Made by a program: the position numbers and the translations under genes | Source of the DNA: Sphyrna mokarran | Taxonomy: Eukaryota | Reading direction: 5' to 3' | Assembly (NCBI GenBank): GCA_024679065.1 | Contig: JAGIQG010000014.1 | Span: 46,996,001 to 47,060,000 of the forward strand | DNA: 64,000 nucleotides | Shown here: piece after piece, positions 13,085 to 26,660 of the stretch | How positions within the stretch are numbered: position 1 is the stretch's first letter | Layout: the number at the start of each line of letters is the position of its first letter | Notes under the pieces: generated by a model | What the model was told of the DNA's origin: nothing | The model's database searches: none | Seen by the model: only the letters and a program-made list of their open reading frames with translations

Positions 13085-15057
13085 GTAAGTATTGAGTAAC
13101 CCATTTGTTTTATAATAAACAAACATACAAAATTTCTTCTTCCTGCTGTACAGTACTGCATTCAAGCTACGAAGATTTTCACCTCCTTTCCGTATTTCTA
13201 AAGCGTTTTGGATTGGGTAATATGAAAATGAATTGTTTGGCCATGTAATTATGTAGTGGCCACATGAGTCTATTGGCAGTATTTTACTTAGATTTGCGTA
13301 CAGTCTATATTTCTCTATTGTGATAACTAATCTTAGTTGACATTAAGACAGCATTCTATAATTTTGTCTGTATATATCTGTGTACACTAAATAGTTGCTC
13401 AAGTCTTGTAAAGGTTGTTTGAATTGTCCTCAGTAAGTATTAAAATTTACTCTTTAACATGTTATTAAAATGTGCCAACTGCTTTTATGAATTCTGGTTG
13501 CAACCTGGAAAAAATTCCAACAATTAGTTGATTCTGAAATATAGACAACTTAAATGTGCAATAATATTGATAATGTGTTATTCTCCTTGCCTTAGATGGG
13601 AGGATGGGTAGTTGTGGGGTTGACAAAGGAGGAGACTGAACCATGCTTAGTGCAGTAGATTGAGTAAACTTTATCAGTGTACCTGAGCAAGAATTATCAA
13701 AATGTATTTCATTATATTTTAAAATCTACTTTTTTGTTGCACATAGAACAGTTTTACTAGAATGGTGTTGATTTAAGTTCAGGGAAACAGGTGGTGAATT
13801 TGTATCTGATCTTCCCTGTTTTGCCAGTTTTTATAACCATTTCAATTGTAAATCCCCTGGATTAACACATGCAGAAATGTAAAAATAAAACTTGTAGTTG
13901 TAAGGCTCTGAGAATTGGTGGAATAAACAAACAGCTGTCCCAGTGCACATTTGTGTAATGAGCCCATGTTAAGCTATTGTGGATACCATATACTATTAGT
14001 TCTAAAATTAATTGTGGACACAACAGATTAATTTTGGCAAATCCTCAAAACCAGAACAATGTCTATTGCTGCAAAATTGAACCTTTGTTTTTACTGGATG
14101 TTGTGATCACTTAACAGACATGAGATATAGTCAGTTGAAAGATTGCTGTTGCATTACATAATGAAAATAATTCCATGATTTGGGAATGATTGCCGAAGAA
14201 AACTGTTTTAATCAAGTAGGTACATAGGGACCAAGGAGACAGATACAGATTAAATGAAGGACCTTGAAGAAGAGGAAGATAGAGAAATCAGCTCATTTAA
14301 AGTGCAGGCTAAAATCACTGAGGTTGAGGAGTTCCTCGGTTTGCAGCTAAGTAATGACGAAGGAAAGAAATCTTAACGTAGTGAGGTGGAGATGTAGTAA
14401 ATGAGAACCTGGAAGGAGAGGTGGTCAAAAATTAGATGCACAAAGTGGAAAGATAACTGAACAGTATGAAGATGAGCCAAAATAAAAACTAACTATGACT
14501 GCTGCAGGACCACTGTGGTTTAGGTGGGAGGTGTGGTGAAGGAGTGACAACAATGAGCAGGAAGGTTAACCTTTTGTGAGTGAGTTTCATTGGGGCTTGG
14601 ATATCTGCACATAAGAATGAATTTATGATTGAGGATGCTGAGAATATATTAGGTGATACAGGGGTATACACAGCAAGAGGTTGGACTTACTGCAGTCTGA
14701 GGAGCTTTAGAAAGGCTGTGCAAGAGGTGGAAACCCTTTCCCTACGCTGATCAACCAGATCAGGTATGATCTGCTCTTGTACTTAGAGAATTCCATGACT
14801 CCTCCAAAAGTCTGGAAATTAGATGTGCAACATTATAGTGTAAATCCAGAGAGTCATATATGAGATTTAGCATTGATAATAAGTCTCATGAGAACGAACT
14901 CAAATATGGGAATGGCCTGGTCTTTTCCCAGTGACAGGTCAATCAGGAGCCATTCATGACATGCCCCTTGCTTAAGTTCCGAGTTACAAACTTTAATTTG
15001 TTTTGCTGAGTAGAAAATCTACCCTTTTTGAGCTCCTGTTAATTTCACTTTATTCAG

Positions 15058-15205
15058 GTTTTGCTTGCGGTACATGCTAATGTTGAAGATCGTGGCATCA
15101 AGGGAGACATTACTCCATTGATGGCAGCTGCCAGTGGAGGCTACGTAGACATAGTAAAACTGCTACTGGCCCATGATGCCGATGTAAATGCTCAGTCTTC
15201 AACTG
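15058..15205 (+). CDS. ANKHD1: ANKHD1 exon ~5 (148 nt): VLLAVHANVEDRGIKGDITPLMAAASGG...QSST
   Basis: ttcag|GTT, G|gtaagt; ORF 15061..15261. Confidence 0.95.
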
Positions 15206-15296
15206 GTAAGTTGTTTTCAACTGGTACGGTATTTAATTATCTAATCTTGATTTCTGAGTGAAGTGAGATGACATTTATGCTTTAATTTATTTTAAG

Positions 15297-15530
15297 GAAA
15301 CACAGCACTCACTTATGCCTGTGCTGGCGGGTTTGTTGATGTTGTAAAAGTACTTCTGAAAGCAGGAGCCAATATTGAGGATCACAATGAAAATGGTCAT
15401 ACACCTCTGATGGAAGCAGCAAGTGCTGGCCATGTGGAGGTTGCACGGGTGCTTTTAGAATATGGAGCTGGAATCAATACCCATTCGAATGAGTTCAAGG
15501 AAAGTGCACTTACACTGGCATGTTACAAAG
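15297..15530 (+). CDS. ANKHD1: ANKHD1 exon ~6 (234 nt): GNTALTYACAGG...ESALTLACYK
   Basis: ttaag|GA, AAAG|gtatgg; follows a 91-nt intron. Confidence 0.95.
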
Positions 15531-15887
15531 GTATGGATTTAACATTCCATAAGCTATGAAATGTGATAAAACATGTACTTTGAACATTGAAAACATTAAA
15601 TTTAGTTTAGATATTTTCTGTAACTAAAACTAAAGCAATTAGTCATGTGATGTTTTCTTTTTCTAAGAAGATTTAGTTGAGATATCTTTAGTTATAGCAA
15701 GGTAAAGAGAAATCAGTAACTTGAAAAACTAGTCTGTTCAGGGCAATTGGAATAATGCTTAATTTTTATAGCAAAATTTGTATTGTATTAAGAGTTATAA
15801 TATAGTTTCACCAAAGGGTTTGAAAATTCGTGGTGCTGTTTACCGATATTAGTTGCGTTTTTAACACTAGGTAATATAAAGGCTTTC

Positions 15888-16135
15888 AACATAGAACAAT
15901 ACAGCACAAACAGGCCCTTTAGCCCACGAGTTGCGCCGATCACATCTACCAATCCACAGACCTATCTATAACCCCCTATCCTATTCTTTTCCATATACTC
16001 ATCCAGAAGTCTCTTAAGACCCTAGTGAGTTTGCCTCAACAACCTCCGATGGCAGTCGGTTCCATTCACTCACCACCCTCTGAGTGAAAAACTTACTCCG
16101 ACATCTCCTTTGTATTTGCTTCCCTGCACCTTAAG
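15888..16135 (-). mobile_element. CR1 3' fragment
   Basis: aacatagaacaatacagcacaaacaggccctt tail; ccaccctctgagtgaaaaac (FFTQRVV reversed). Confidence 0.8.
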
Positions 16136-16763
16136 ATCAACATCAGCCCTCAAAGCGTAGTACCATTTTCTTTCAGCCACATTGGTATATTGTGCAATCA
16201 TTATCTTTTCTCCCCTTCTCAAAAAATAAAAGTAAGCATTTGAAAATCAAGGAAGCTTTGAAATATAAGTCTTGTTTGTATGAGGTGCTTCCACAGCAAA
16301 ATATATACTTGGACCTCCTCCAAGATTTGCCCCTCTATATTCTGCTATATGACCAATGTCTCCTTTGTTTTTTTTTCATGTTCCATAAAACCAAATAAAG
16401 GACCCTTGTTGTCCTTGAGCCTTTTCTGAGTAAAAATTCACTTAGATCATGATTGATCTTTTACCTCAACTCTATTCACTCCATATCTCTTGATTTCCTC
16501 AGAGTTCAAAAATTTAATGATCTTAGCCTTGAATATACTCATCAACTGAGCAAATTACAAATCTCTGGAAAATTCTAAAGAATTCAAAGAATTGAGCAAT
16601 ACACTATTTTATAATCAAATTTATGCAGAGAGCAAGTGTGTACCTTATTTTCTGAAAAACTGAACACAACCTCAAACCAAAAAACTTATGTTTTAAATAC
16701 ATTTGCAAGTTGACACTTAAGATTTTTCTGTTCTTAATATTCTGAATGACCTGTGTATTATAG

Positions 16764-16858
16764 GGCATTTAGAAATGGTGAGGTTTCTCCTTGAAGCTGG
16801 TGCTGATCAGGAGCACAAAACAGATGAAATGCATACAGCTTTAATGGAAGCATGTATG
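16764..16858 (+). CDS. ANKHD1: ANKHD1 exon ~7 (95 nt): GHLEMVRFLLEAGADQEHKTDEMHTALMEACM
   Basis: tatag|GG, ATG|gtaagt. Confidence 0.95.
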
Positions 16859-17398
16859 GTAAGTATTCTTGTGAATCTCCTCTTTCTTGTTCCTCCTCAA
16901 ATTGCTGCACGTTTTGGATCTCAGCTTATTACATTTTGCCTCGTGCAATAAATGCAATGTTAACTATTTTGAACGTAACATTTAGTACATTTTAATCACA
17001 AAATGTAGATTGTCAACTACTTGATGCCTGAGACAAACATGCCATTCAAACATTAAAGTTCAAAACACGGGGATGAGAAAACTATACAATTTTCAAAATT
17101 GGTTTTTACACTAACTTGATTCATTTTTTGATTGCATGTTCATGAATACTTCTACAGAAATCTGAAGATTTTTAAGTTAAACATTAATTTTTTTTCCTGT
17201 AAACAATGTGTTTGGATTGTATGAAAAAAACCAGTGTGATGTTCAGTGTTCACTGTTGTATTAACTTTGAATACAAAATTGATTGAATGTCAGCAATAAA
17301 ATAAAGCAAGGCTGGATTTGCATTTGATTTGTTTTTATTTAAAAAAAGTACCAGTATTCTGACACATTAAAGTGCTGATAATTGTCTTTATTGAATAG

Positions 17399-17636
17399 GA
17401 TGGCCATGTTGAAGTAGCTCGGCTCCTTTTAGACAGTGGTGCACAAGTAAACATGCCAGCTGATTCTTTTGAGTCTCCATTAACTCTTGCTGCTTGTGGT
17501 GGTCATGTGGAGTTAGCAGCTTTGCTTATAGAACGAGGAGCAAACTTAGAAGAAGTAAATGATGAAGGATATACACCATTAATGGAAGCTTCACGAGAAG
17601 GTCATGAAGAAATGGTAGCTTTGCTGCTTGCTCAAG
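17399..17636 (+). CDS. ANKHD1: ANKHD1 exon ~8 (238 nt): DGHVEVARLLLDSG...MVALLLAQ
   Basis: aatag|GAT, CAAG|gtatgt; ORF 17453..17644. Confidence 0.95.
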
Positions 17637-18615
17637 GTATGTAATGAACTGATATTTAACTTTTACATTGAACAAGGATTCATTGATATAGCATTGAAGA
17701 ATTGTCTATTTACTGACTATTTTGTGTGAATACAGCTATCTAGAGAAGTTTATATTACTTTGCTCTTAATTTACTGTTACCTTTTTAGTATTTGAGCAAA
17801 GTAAATAAGAGCTAAAGAAATTAGACTTCTGTCCAGAGGACCATTGGTGTACCTGTTCTCCATCAACATCCCATCACCCTTCTGTTTTCAAAAGATAGAA
17901 AATTACAATCAGCAGTAGCTGTTGTGCTGATGTACAGATAGCCTGACCACAAGGTTTTACAGTGCATCTCATGGCTGACCATGAGCTGTCTATAGTCTGT
18001 TTTTATCTTGGATGGTTTCAGACAAATGAAATAAAATTGAAACTATTTTAAATGAGAGAAATTTTCAGCATGTGTCTCAAAATCAAGAGTTGCTTAAAAA
18101 GAAACATGTTCAGACAATTCAAAACAAAAATTGTATTTCAACTGGATAACTTCATCTTTTTCCTCCATATCTGATGGTGTTTATTCTGGTTCCCTTAATA
18201 AGCTGAATCATTTTCTGTCAATGAGGATGGTTTTAACTATTCCAGGCACTGTAGTAGAAAGTAAGAAATAATGACTTAGCCCCATGCATGTTATGACTAA
18301 AAAAATGCCAAATTGAAATAGACAAAAATACTTTTTATTTGTCTAATCTATTATTCTCCTCACTGAGTTTCCTCTGATACGTCACCAGCCACACTTCATG
18401 TTAATGATTACTCATTGCATTGGAATTCCTTGGACAATGTCAGCAATTTTGGTTGTAGTTCAGCTAGCTTTTATTTAGTATTTGTGTAACATACCAAGCT
18501 CCATAATAAATTTGCCAAACAAAAGCTATTATTGTACAGTAATAAATAACTAAAATTGTAGGGGACCAGTTGACGAAACTGTTCATTAATTATAAATTGC
18601 CTGGACTACTTATAG

Positions 18616-18807
18616 GAGCCAATATAAATGCACAGACAGAAGAAACCCAAGAGACGGCCCTGACTCTAGCTTGCTGTGGAGGCTTCTTGGAAGTTGCAGA
18701 CTTTTTAATAAAGGCAGGAGCTGACATTGAATTGGGTTGTTCAACACCATTGATGGAGGCTGCTCAAGAAGGTCATCTTGAATTGGTCAAATATTTACTT
18801 GCAGCAG
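18616..18807 (+). CDS. ANKHD1: ANKHD1 exon ~9 (192 nt): GANINAQTEETQETALTLACCGG...VKYLLAA
   Basis: tatag|GA, CAG|gtgtgt; ORF 18570..18827. Confidence 0.95.
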
Positions 18808-19854
18808 GTGTGTTTCTGATTTTATAGTGATTGTTTACCCAGTGTCTAATATCCCAAATAAGGTTTTACTATGTTACTTTAGAATCCAGAAGAATTGTGT
18901 AGCGGTTTAGAAGTGTAAAAGTACTATCACAAGTTAGTGCAGTGTACTACTTTATAATATCATGAGCAATATAGTGTGCATCCTTGTCTGTCCACATAAT
19001 CTAGTTACACAATACAACCAGCTATTAGAGTAATGTAATTTATTAAATCAGATTTCACTTATGACAGAAAATTCAATTCTGCATTAATGAGTAAACTTAT
19101 AATGAGATTCTTTAATAGTAAGTATTTATTAATTAGTACTTTTAGCCCCTTCACCTATGCTACTAGTGCTTGGGTAAGCACTTAACTGGATTACCAATAA
19201 TTGCAGGCAAAATATAAACGTGCTTTTTAATTTTTACTGCTCTGTTCCTTATTTTGGCAATCTTTTAGGATTTATTTTCTTTCTATAATTTTGATTAGAT
19301 AAATCTAATGTTTAATCCAAACATGCACACACACTTAATACGGGCACTCATTTTGACCATTGTATGTTCTGGATTCACAGATGAACAAGAATTCCTTGGA
19401 GTAAATTAATTATTTTTTTGTCACTTTGGAAGGAGTTCAGTCACAATCATGATGTATTTAACATGGGAAAGAATGTATTTTAATTATTATTGGTGCTAAC
19501 CAACTCTGAAAATTCTATTAGAGAGATAATGGATGGAGGACTATCTGTTTTACACTTGAAACTTTGTGTAGTCTTTGAAGGCCTGTCAGATGTCAAATCT
19601 AATTTGTGGAACCAAACACCACTTCAAGCCTTGCATCTGAAACAGAAATTGCACCTGCATTTACAAATGTTTCACTTTTAATTACTGCTTAAATTTTATG
19701 CATTATGGTAATTATTCATTTAAAAACATGTTATGTTTCTAAATGAAGTGATAAAGTATTTGCTGGATAGTCTTACCAATGTTTTAAACATCCAAAATGT
19801 GTTTAGCATCACAGGTTATATCTGAAATGTTAAAAGAATTCTTGTCTTCAATAG

Positions 19855-19964
19855 GAGCAAATGTGCATGCCACTACAGCTACAGGAGATACAGCCTTAAC
19901 ATATGCCTGTGAAAATGGGCATACTGATGTTGCTGATGTTCTCTTACAAGCAGGAGCTGATTTG
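19855..19964 (+). CDS. ANKHD1: ANKHD1 exon ~10 (110 nt): GANVHATTATGDTALTYACENGHTDVADVLLQAGADL
   Basis: aatag|GA, TTG|gtaaga. Confidence 0.95.
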
Positions 19965-20238
19965 GTAAGAATTGCTACATTCTCTCATAATGTTGTAGGT
20001 TTGGCCAATGTGGAAATGTGAATGATAATTTAGTTGACTACAATTGACAAATCTCTCAAAGATTATAAATAACTTTCAAATAAAATATTTTTATTGTAAG
20101 GTTAAATTACAAATGTAGTAGGATCTGTATGGTTATGTTTAATGGTATTTTGAAGTTAGCTTATTGGAATTAGCATTCTATAATTAGCGTTTTAGTTTTT
20201 GAACACTTCTGCGGTTCCAAAGCTGTCATTTTTTTTAG

Positions 20239-20326
20239 GAGCATGAATCTGAAGGTGGGAGGACACCTTTAATGAAAGCTGCGAGAGCTGGCCATTTGTG
20301 CACAGTACAGTTCCTCATCAGTAAAG
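20239..20326 (+). CDS. ANKHD1: ANKHD1 exon ~11 (88 nt): EHESEGGRTPLMKAARAGHLCTVQFLISK
   Basis: tttag|GAG, AAAG|gtgagc. Confidence 0.95.
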
Positions 20327-20876
20327 GTGAGCCTTTGTGTTCATCCCACAGGATGTTCTGAACTTCCCCAATATAAAATTGAGTTTAAAATTGTGATCTA
20401 TAATGTGCAGTTTTTCTCTTAAACATACTTTGATCAATCGCTGGTTGATTTGGTGGATGAAGTGCCAAATGTGTGGAGGATGAGTACACATGGTATGTAT
20501 TTTATTAATTCGTCACAGGGCAGCTGCATTCAAGCATTGTGAAATACCCCGTTGCTATTAAATATTTTGAATAATTTCATTGTCTTGTCTTTTTGGCTGG
20601 CCTAATCCTCAGTAGCTGATAAGTCTGTAGCTCCTAAGTCTCTTGTAGCCAGTGACTGATGTGACTGTCCCATTTGATTTCCCCTCTTGATGTCCTCCTG
20701 TTCCTACCCCACTCCATGATCCTACTAAGTCTGATGGATGTGAGACATTTCAATTTCTAGTGATGCATGTAGGCTGAGATCATAATGAGGAGCAGGTATT
20801 GTAATTATGTCTATCCAAATGCTCTGTTTCCTGTTCCATAAAACCATTGGTGGCAATAACGAATAGCAGAAGAGTC

Positions 20877-21200
20877 CATAGAATCCCTACAGTGCAGTAA
20901 GAGGCCGTTCAGCTCAGCGATCTGCACTGACTCTCTGAGAGAGCACTCTGCATAGCTCCATTCCCCTACCCTATCCCCATAAACCAGACTATCTAATCTA
21001 CACATTTTTGGACACTAAGGGGCAATTTAGCCTGACCAATCTGCCTAACTTGCACATCTTTGGGCTGTGGGAGAAAACTGAAACACCCGGAGAAAACCTA
21101 TGCAGACAGGGAGAATGTGAAAACTCCACATAGTCATCCAAAGCTGGAATTGAACCTTGGTTTTTGATGCTTCAAAATAACAGTCCTAACCACTGCTGCC
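20877..21200 (-). mobile_element. Near full-length HE1-like V-SINE
   Basis: CR1-type tail catagaatccctacagtgcag; V-domain tgtgggagaaaactg..cacccggagaaaacc..tgcagacagggagaatgtg..aactccac; B-box ggaattgaacc. Confidence 0.8.
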
Positions 21201-22589
21201 CACTGAAGATGAGAGCCCAGTGATTGAGTTAGTCTGGCTGGAGGTTGGAGGTGGTGATTAAAAAGCTAGAATGTTGGTGGCAAGACAGTGGTTGCTGAAG
21301 GAAGAAAACTGCAGACAGTAAGGGGAGCTGAACAAAATATCCTGAGGCATAGGGGTTGGTGTCGGAGGCAGCATGGAACGGTCATGGTGAAGGAGGATAT
21401 AAAGTGGAGGGAGAAAAACAATGGGAGCATAACAAAGTTAATTTGACAGGAGGAATGGGGATCAGGGTGGGCAGCATGGAACATGGGTGAACAGAAAAAT
21501 AAGATATGCAAAGTAGTGGAAAGCAGGGATGTATGCCCTAGGAGAATGAATGAGGAGGATATGAGAAGGGTGAAACAAATGAGATGGGTATAGTATGTGA
21601 ATGTGATTTGTATTGTTCCGATAAAGATGCTGTTGACATTGCAGATAATTTATGGGCCTCTCCTTGTACCATAAAAGAAATAGGCTGAGTGAGATTACTC
21701 CCCTACTGATCATCATAAGTACAAGATAGGACGTAGCATTTTTTTCTGGGTTACCATTTTTGTTTTCCATCACAACTGAGGTGTCAGGACAAACATGTTT
21801 TTGCAATAACATTACTTGGATATTAGAAAAGGCTATTTGTGCAATACCCCAACTGGCACAATTTTAAATCCAGTATATACTTGTAAAGGGTGCTTTGGAG
21901 CTGGAGGTAGTAAATTGCTGCAGGAGAGACATTCAGTGGAATACATGTTTTCTTTTTGGAGTCAATTTGATAATGAAACATGGGTGACTTCTATCTGAAC
22001 AACTTTGAATTCTTGAAGCCATATTATCAATGGACACATGTTTTGGAAATGAGCAGAATAATGCAGGTTATTTAAAATATGCAGCTGCCTGATGAAGATT
22101 GCGAAGCAATTCCAGTGAAAAGTAACTAGAAATGACTGTGCCTTGAGGTTTTATATATCTGTGAAGGGTAAGACATAGTATTATTGTCCCAGAAACTATT
22201 CTATAATTCTCAGTTGACTTTGCTTTCCAAGAGGTATGGGATCTTGAAGCACAATACAACTGGTGAAATCGCAAGCAAATTATCCTATATTTAGGAAAAC
22301 CTATAGTCCAGGTTTTTTGTAACCTTATTCAATGCTCTCTCAGATCCTTTTGCTTTCTTGCCTGTTTTCCTATCCCTTGAATGTCAAAAATATTGTAGAT
22401 TTTTGCAGTGCATTTTTTAAAAAAAAAAGCTGATTTTTATCAATGAAAAATTCAGGAAATGCTGAGAGAATTGCAGCTGAAACAGTGTGATCATGGAATA
22501 TCATATGTTCCTGATCACTAAATTTGATAAGAATAATCCATTTTGTTGACATCCTTGAAGCAGCTGTTGTAAAGATCACAAGATGCTCA

Positions 22590-23720
22590 GTAGGAATAGC
22601 CCTTCAGCCTACTGGAACTGACCTGCTATTTAATAAGATCATGGCTGATCTGCTATGTGGCTTTAACCACACTTCCCTGCTTGCTTCATAACCCTTGACT
22701 CTGTTGCTAATCAAAAATCAGTCTGAAGCAGCCTTGAATATGTTCAATTCCCCATTCTCCACTGCACTGAGAAGAAAATTCTAAAGACTAAACTGTGAAA
22801 GAGATATGGTGAAAGTTTTTCTATCTTAAATGGAAGATACTTTGGATATTTCAATAAGATAATCTCTCGTTCTTCTAAATTGAGTGTAGGTCCATTCTAT
22901 TCAATTTTCCCTTAAGATAACCATTTCGTATCAGGAATCAGTTTAATGAACGTTTCTTTAAACTGTTTTTCACACAAGTATATCCCTTAAGTAAGACGAC
23001 CAAAACTATATTCTGGTTTCACTAATATCTTGTACAGTTGTAGGACTTCCCCTGTTTTATTCTCCATTCCGTAGCTATGAAGGCCACATTCCATTTACCT
23101 TCCTAATTGTACTACACTTGTATGGTAACTTTGTCCAATTCATGTAGATGGCCATCCGGATCCTTTATAATGCAGAATTGTATAATTTGTCTCCATTTAA
23201 ATAATTTGCTGCTTATTTATTCTTCCTCCAAAGTGGTTAATCTGTTCCTACATTTTACTGCATCTGTTAAATCTTTGCCCATTTACTTAACTATCCATAG
23301 CTCTTTGCAATCTCCTGTTCCTCACAATTTGCTCTCCTACCTATCTTTGGATTGTCAGGAAATTCAGCTACAACAGTCAGTTTCTTCTTCAAGTTCATTA
23401 ACATGGATCATAAATAGTTGGGACTCCAGCACTGAGCTGTGTGACACTCTGAGTTACAATATGCCAAGTTGAAAATGAAGCATTTATCATGATTGTTTCT
23501 GAAATGATCTGCTATCTATACTTATATATCACCCCCAACAGAATGTATCCTATCTAGTGTGGTATCCTTTTAAGTAATATTTGATCAAATGCATTTTGGA
23601 AATCCAAATATACTATATCTACTGAGTTTCCTTTTATCCATCCTACATGTATCCTCAAAAATCCTGTAAACAAATTTTTCAAGTACTATTTCCCTTTCAC
23701 AAAGCCACATTGAAATTTCC
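22590..23720 (-). mobile_element. Old CR1 fragment (RT to 3' end)
   Basis: gtaggaatagcccttcagcc..aataagatcatggctgatct tail; caaatgcattttggaaatccaaata (degenerate YLDFQKAFD on the minus strand). Confidence 0.7.
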
Positions 23721-23744
23721 TAATTTTAAATTTTAAAGTTTATC

Positions 23745-23985
23745 TATTGGTGTCACAAGTAGACTTAGATTAACACTGCAATGAGATAACTTCATTGCAT
23801 TTTCACAGTAATGTAGAATTTCCTAGTCGCTACTCAGCAGAATTTAGCATGGCCGATGCACCTAACCGGAGCACCGGAAGGAAACCCATGCAAACGTGAC
23901 AAAGTTGCGTGTTCTCCGTGGGCAGTGACCTAAGCTGGGAATTTAACATGGGTCCCTGGAGTTGAGGCAGCATAGCACTGTGTCC
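23745..23985 (-). mobile_element. V-SINE, same subfamily as 1940-2215
   Basis: Shared tail gtcacaagtag.ctta.att....tgcaatga; ccggagcaccggaaggaaacccatgca. Confidence 0.65.
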
Positions 23986-24289
23986 TACTACTACCTTAAT
24001 ATGGATTGCAGCCTACCTTTTGAAATAATACATTTATCAAGTGTTATTCACCTGAAAAACTGCTGAGGAGGAGTATATAGATGTAGTTTTATCTTTCTGT
24101 ATCTTGCCTATCTTAGAAAAAATGTATTTTTAATTAAAAGTTGCTTTAGAGAATACCTGTGGCATTAGAAGTTATTGTGCGTGTACTAAATTGTTTAAGA
24201 TATTACTGGAATTGATGCAAAATGTGTGCAGATTGTGTATTCAGCCACAAATGTTCCACATGAACCAGGTTCTAACTTCGTCTTTGCAG

Positions 24290-24417
24290 GGGCAAATGTA
24301 AACAGAGCTACAGCTAACAATGATCATACAGTGGTCTCTTTAGCATGTGCTGGAGGGCACCTTGCTGTTGTTGAACTCCTTTTGGCACATGGGGCAGATC
24401 CTACACATCGATTAAAG
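24290..24417 (+). CDS. ANKHD1: ANKHD1 exon ~12 (128 nt): GANVNRATANNDHTVVSLACAGG...PTHRLK
   Basis: tgcag|GG, AAG|gtattt. Confidence 0.95.
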
Positions 24418-24549
24418 GTATTTAAATTCTCCTTGACAAGATCTATTTTTAAAGGACTAAACTGTACAGAAATTTGACGTAACAAATATATCCTTTTAGA
24501 AAATTTATTTTTTGAAAAACAAGAGCTGGCTTAACTTTGTGTTTCTTAG

Positions 24550-24693
24550 GATGGTTCCACTATGCTCATTGAAGCTGCTAAAGGGGGGCATACAAATGTG
24601 GTTTCGTACTTATTAGACTACCCAAACAACATCCTGCCGGTACCAGGATCAGATGTGGCTCAGCTCACACCACCTTCACACGACCAGTCTCAG
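24550..24693 (+). CDS. ANKHD1: ANKHD1 exon ~13 (144 nt): DGSTMLIEAAKGGHTNVVSYLLDYPNN...HDQSQ
   Basis: cttag|GAT, CAG|gtgagt; end of first ankyrin cluster. Confidence 0.95.
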
Positions 24694-25599
24694 GTGAGTT
24701 TACCAATTACTTGCAACCTGTTGCACCTCATTAAAATTTAAACCACTAACTTTATTCAGACTGATATGACAGCTAGCTTATCTGCTTTTTAAGCAGGTGC
24801 TAATAAAACTGCAAACTTGAAGCAAGGAAATTTAGTTTGTTATTTTGTGGGGTGTAAGTCTGAGCAAACTGTGTTTTTTTTCTGATTTTATACATTTCAT
24901 TTTAACATGCTATGTAAGTTCTAATTACAAAATTCATATCCACGTGAAACAAAGTTGCACATTATTTGAGAAATCACAAATTGCAATTGAAACACATTGA
25001 ACAAGACTAAAACTTTTGCATCTTATATGCTTTTAAAATTTTTAATATCAGCTACAGCTTGCATTCCTTTTCATTTTGAAATGATAGAATTTCAGCTTTC
25101 AAATTATATCAGGTATATTGGCATAAAGTCTCCCTAATGTGGTTCCTAATTAAATTACAGTCAGGGCTAGTCATGCACATTAGAATTTGAAATTATTTTT
25201 CAGCTTTTTTTAATTTCCTGAATTCAGTCTTCTGGTAGCACCTCTGCTAAACTGATTACATTTACTGAGTCCCATAACTGTTCAGGTTTCCTTTTGAGTT
25301 TCAGATCCCTGTCTTCTCTTTCTGATGCACATACTGCGCTCCTTCTCTCAAATCCTGTGTATTTTTGTGTCTGTGCCCCTGAATCACTGTCACTAAGCAA
25401 CAGTAAAGTTTTCTCTTTTTTCCCCTCACTGAATTATCAACTGTATAACTTGAGGTTGTAAAATCTCAAAGGTGTGTTGTTAAAATATTTATAGATATGT
25501 AATATATTTAATATGTTACATAGATAAAACCCAAATGACCTGACCTTTCAGTCACATTACAGTTCATGAGCAGAACTTAAAACTAAAAAAAATCTTCCT

Positions 25600-25602
<3 letters not shown>

Positions 25603-25638
<36 letters not shown>
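25603..25638. repeat. (CA)18 microsatellite
   Basis: Perfect dinucleotide run seen directly. Confidence 0.97.
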
Positions 25639-25640
<2 letters not shown>

Positions 25641-25879
25641 AAACATGTAAATTAAGCATTGTTTGTAAACGAGACTGTGATGCCATCCCTTTTGTAACAG
25701 AAATGATTCAAGAAATTTTGAAGGTAGAAAGCTGAAAATTCATAAAGTAATCAAACGTCAAGGACAAAGCGACTAAATGAATTCCATCTGCACATTAGAT
25801 GCTAGGAAAGCTATACCAGAGGCAATATTACACTTAAAAATTCATTATAAGGCAAATAGTACCTGCATACCAGCATTGA

Positions 25880-26660
25880 ACTAATGTGATTTCTATATAT
25901 AAGCAGGATTATAAGTCAAAGAAACTAGACAGTTGAACATCAGTGGTAGGAAAATGGAATTTAAATTTTCAATTACTCAAAGATAAATTTGAAAAAATCC
26001 AGAAACTAGAAATATAATCCAGAGTGGTTAGCATGTTCAAACATGAAGGTCATGCTTGACCAATCTGAACTATTATGAAGAAGTAATAGGGTATATAAGG
26101 TTATTGTTCAAACAAATGTCCTTTGATAAGGTATGGAACCTAGTTGATTCTAGGTCAAAGCATGTCGAATCAGAGAATAACTGGATAACAAACTGGCTAC
26201 AGAATAACAGTGGAGATCAATAGCAATTACTCAGATTGGCAAAAAGTGATATTCAACAAAGATTAATCTATGGACCATTATTGTTCACTATTTTCTTAAA
26301 TGTTTTGGAACTGAGTAAAAAGTTTCAGTATTTGCAGGTGATATCAAATTGAGGATTAATACAGAACATTCAGTAGTATGGATGTATAGAGGATATTTCC
26401 ACTTCCAGAAGTAAGGGTCATAGATATGAGTACTAATAAACTTGAGAGGAAATTCTTTACCCAGAAAGTAGTTAGAATGTGGAACTCCTCAGGAGGTATG
26501 TTGTATATGTGTATTTGAGGGGAGTCTAGATATTCGCACAGTTGAATGTAATAATAGGGTATATTGATGTGGTTAGATGGAGAAAGATAGAAGGAGACTT
26601 CTGTAGACCATAAACTTGTAGGGCCAAATGGCTGGTGTGTGCTGCAAGTAATATGTAATG
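25880..26660 (+). mobile_element. Highly decayed CR1 RT/3' fragment
   Basis: ggtcatgcttgaccaatctg (RSCLTNL), tttgcaggtgatatcaaattg (FADDTKL-like), ttctttacccagaaagtagttagaatgtggaac. Confidence 0.65.

Noticed and set aside
19965-20238. Extra alternative exon after exon ~10, as I recall for short human ANKHD1 isoforms
   Set aside because: The intron is only 274 nt and I see no matching coding segment
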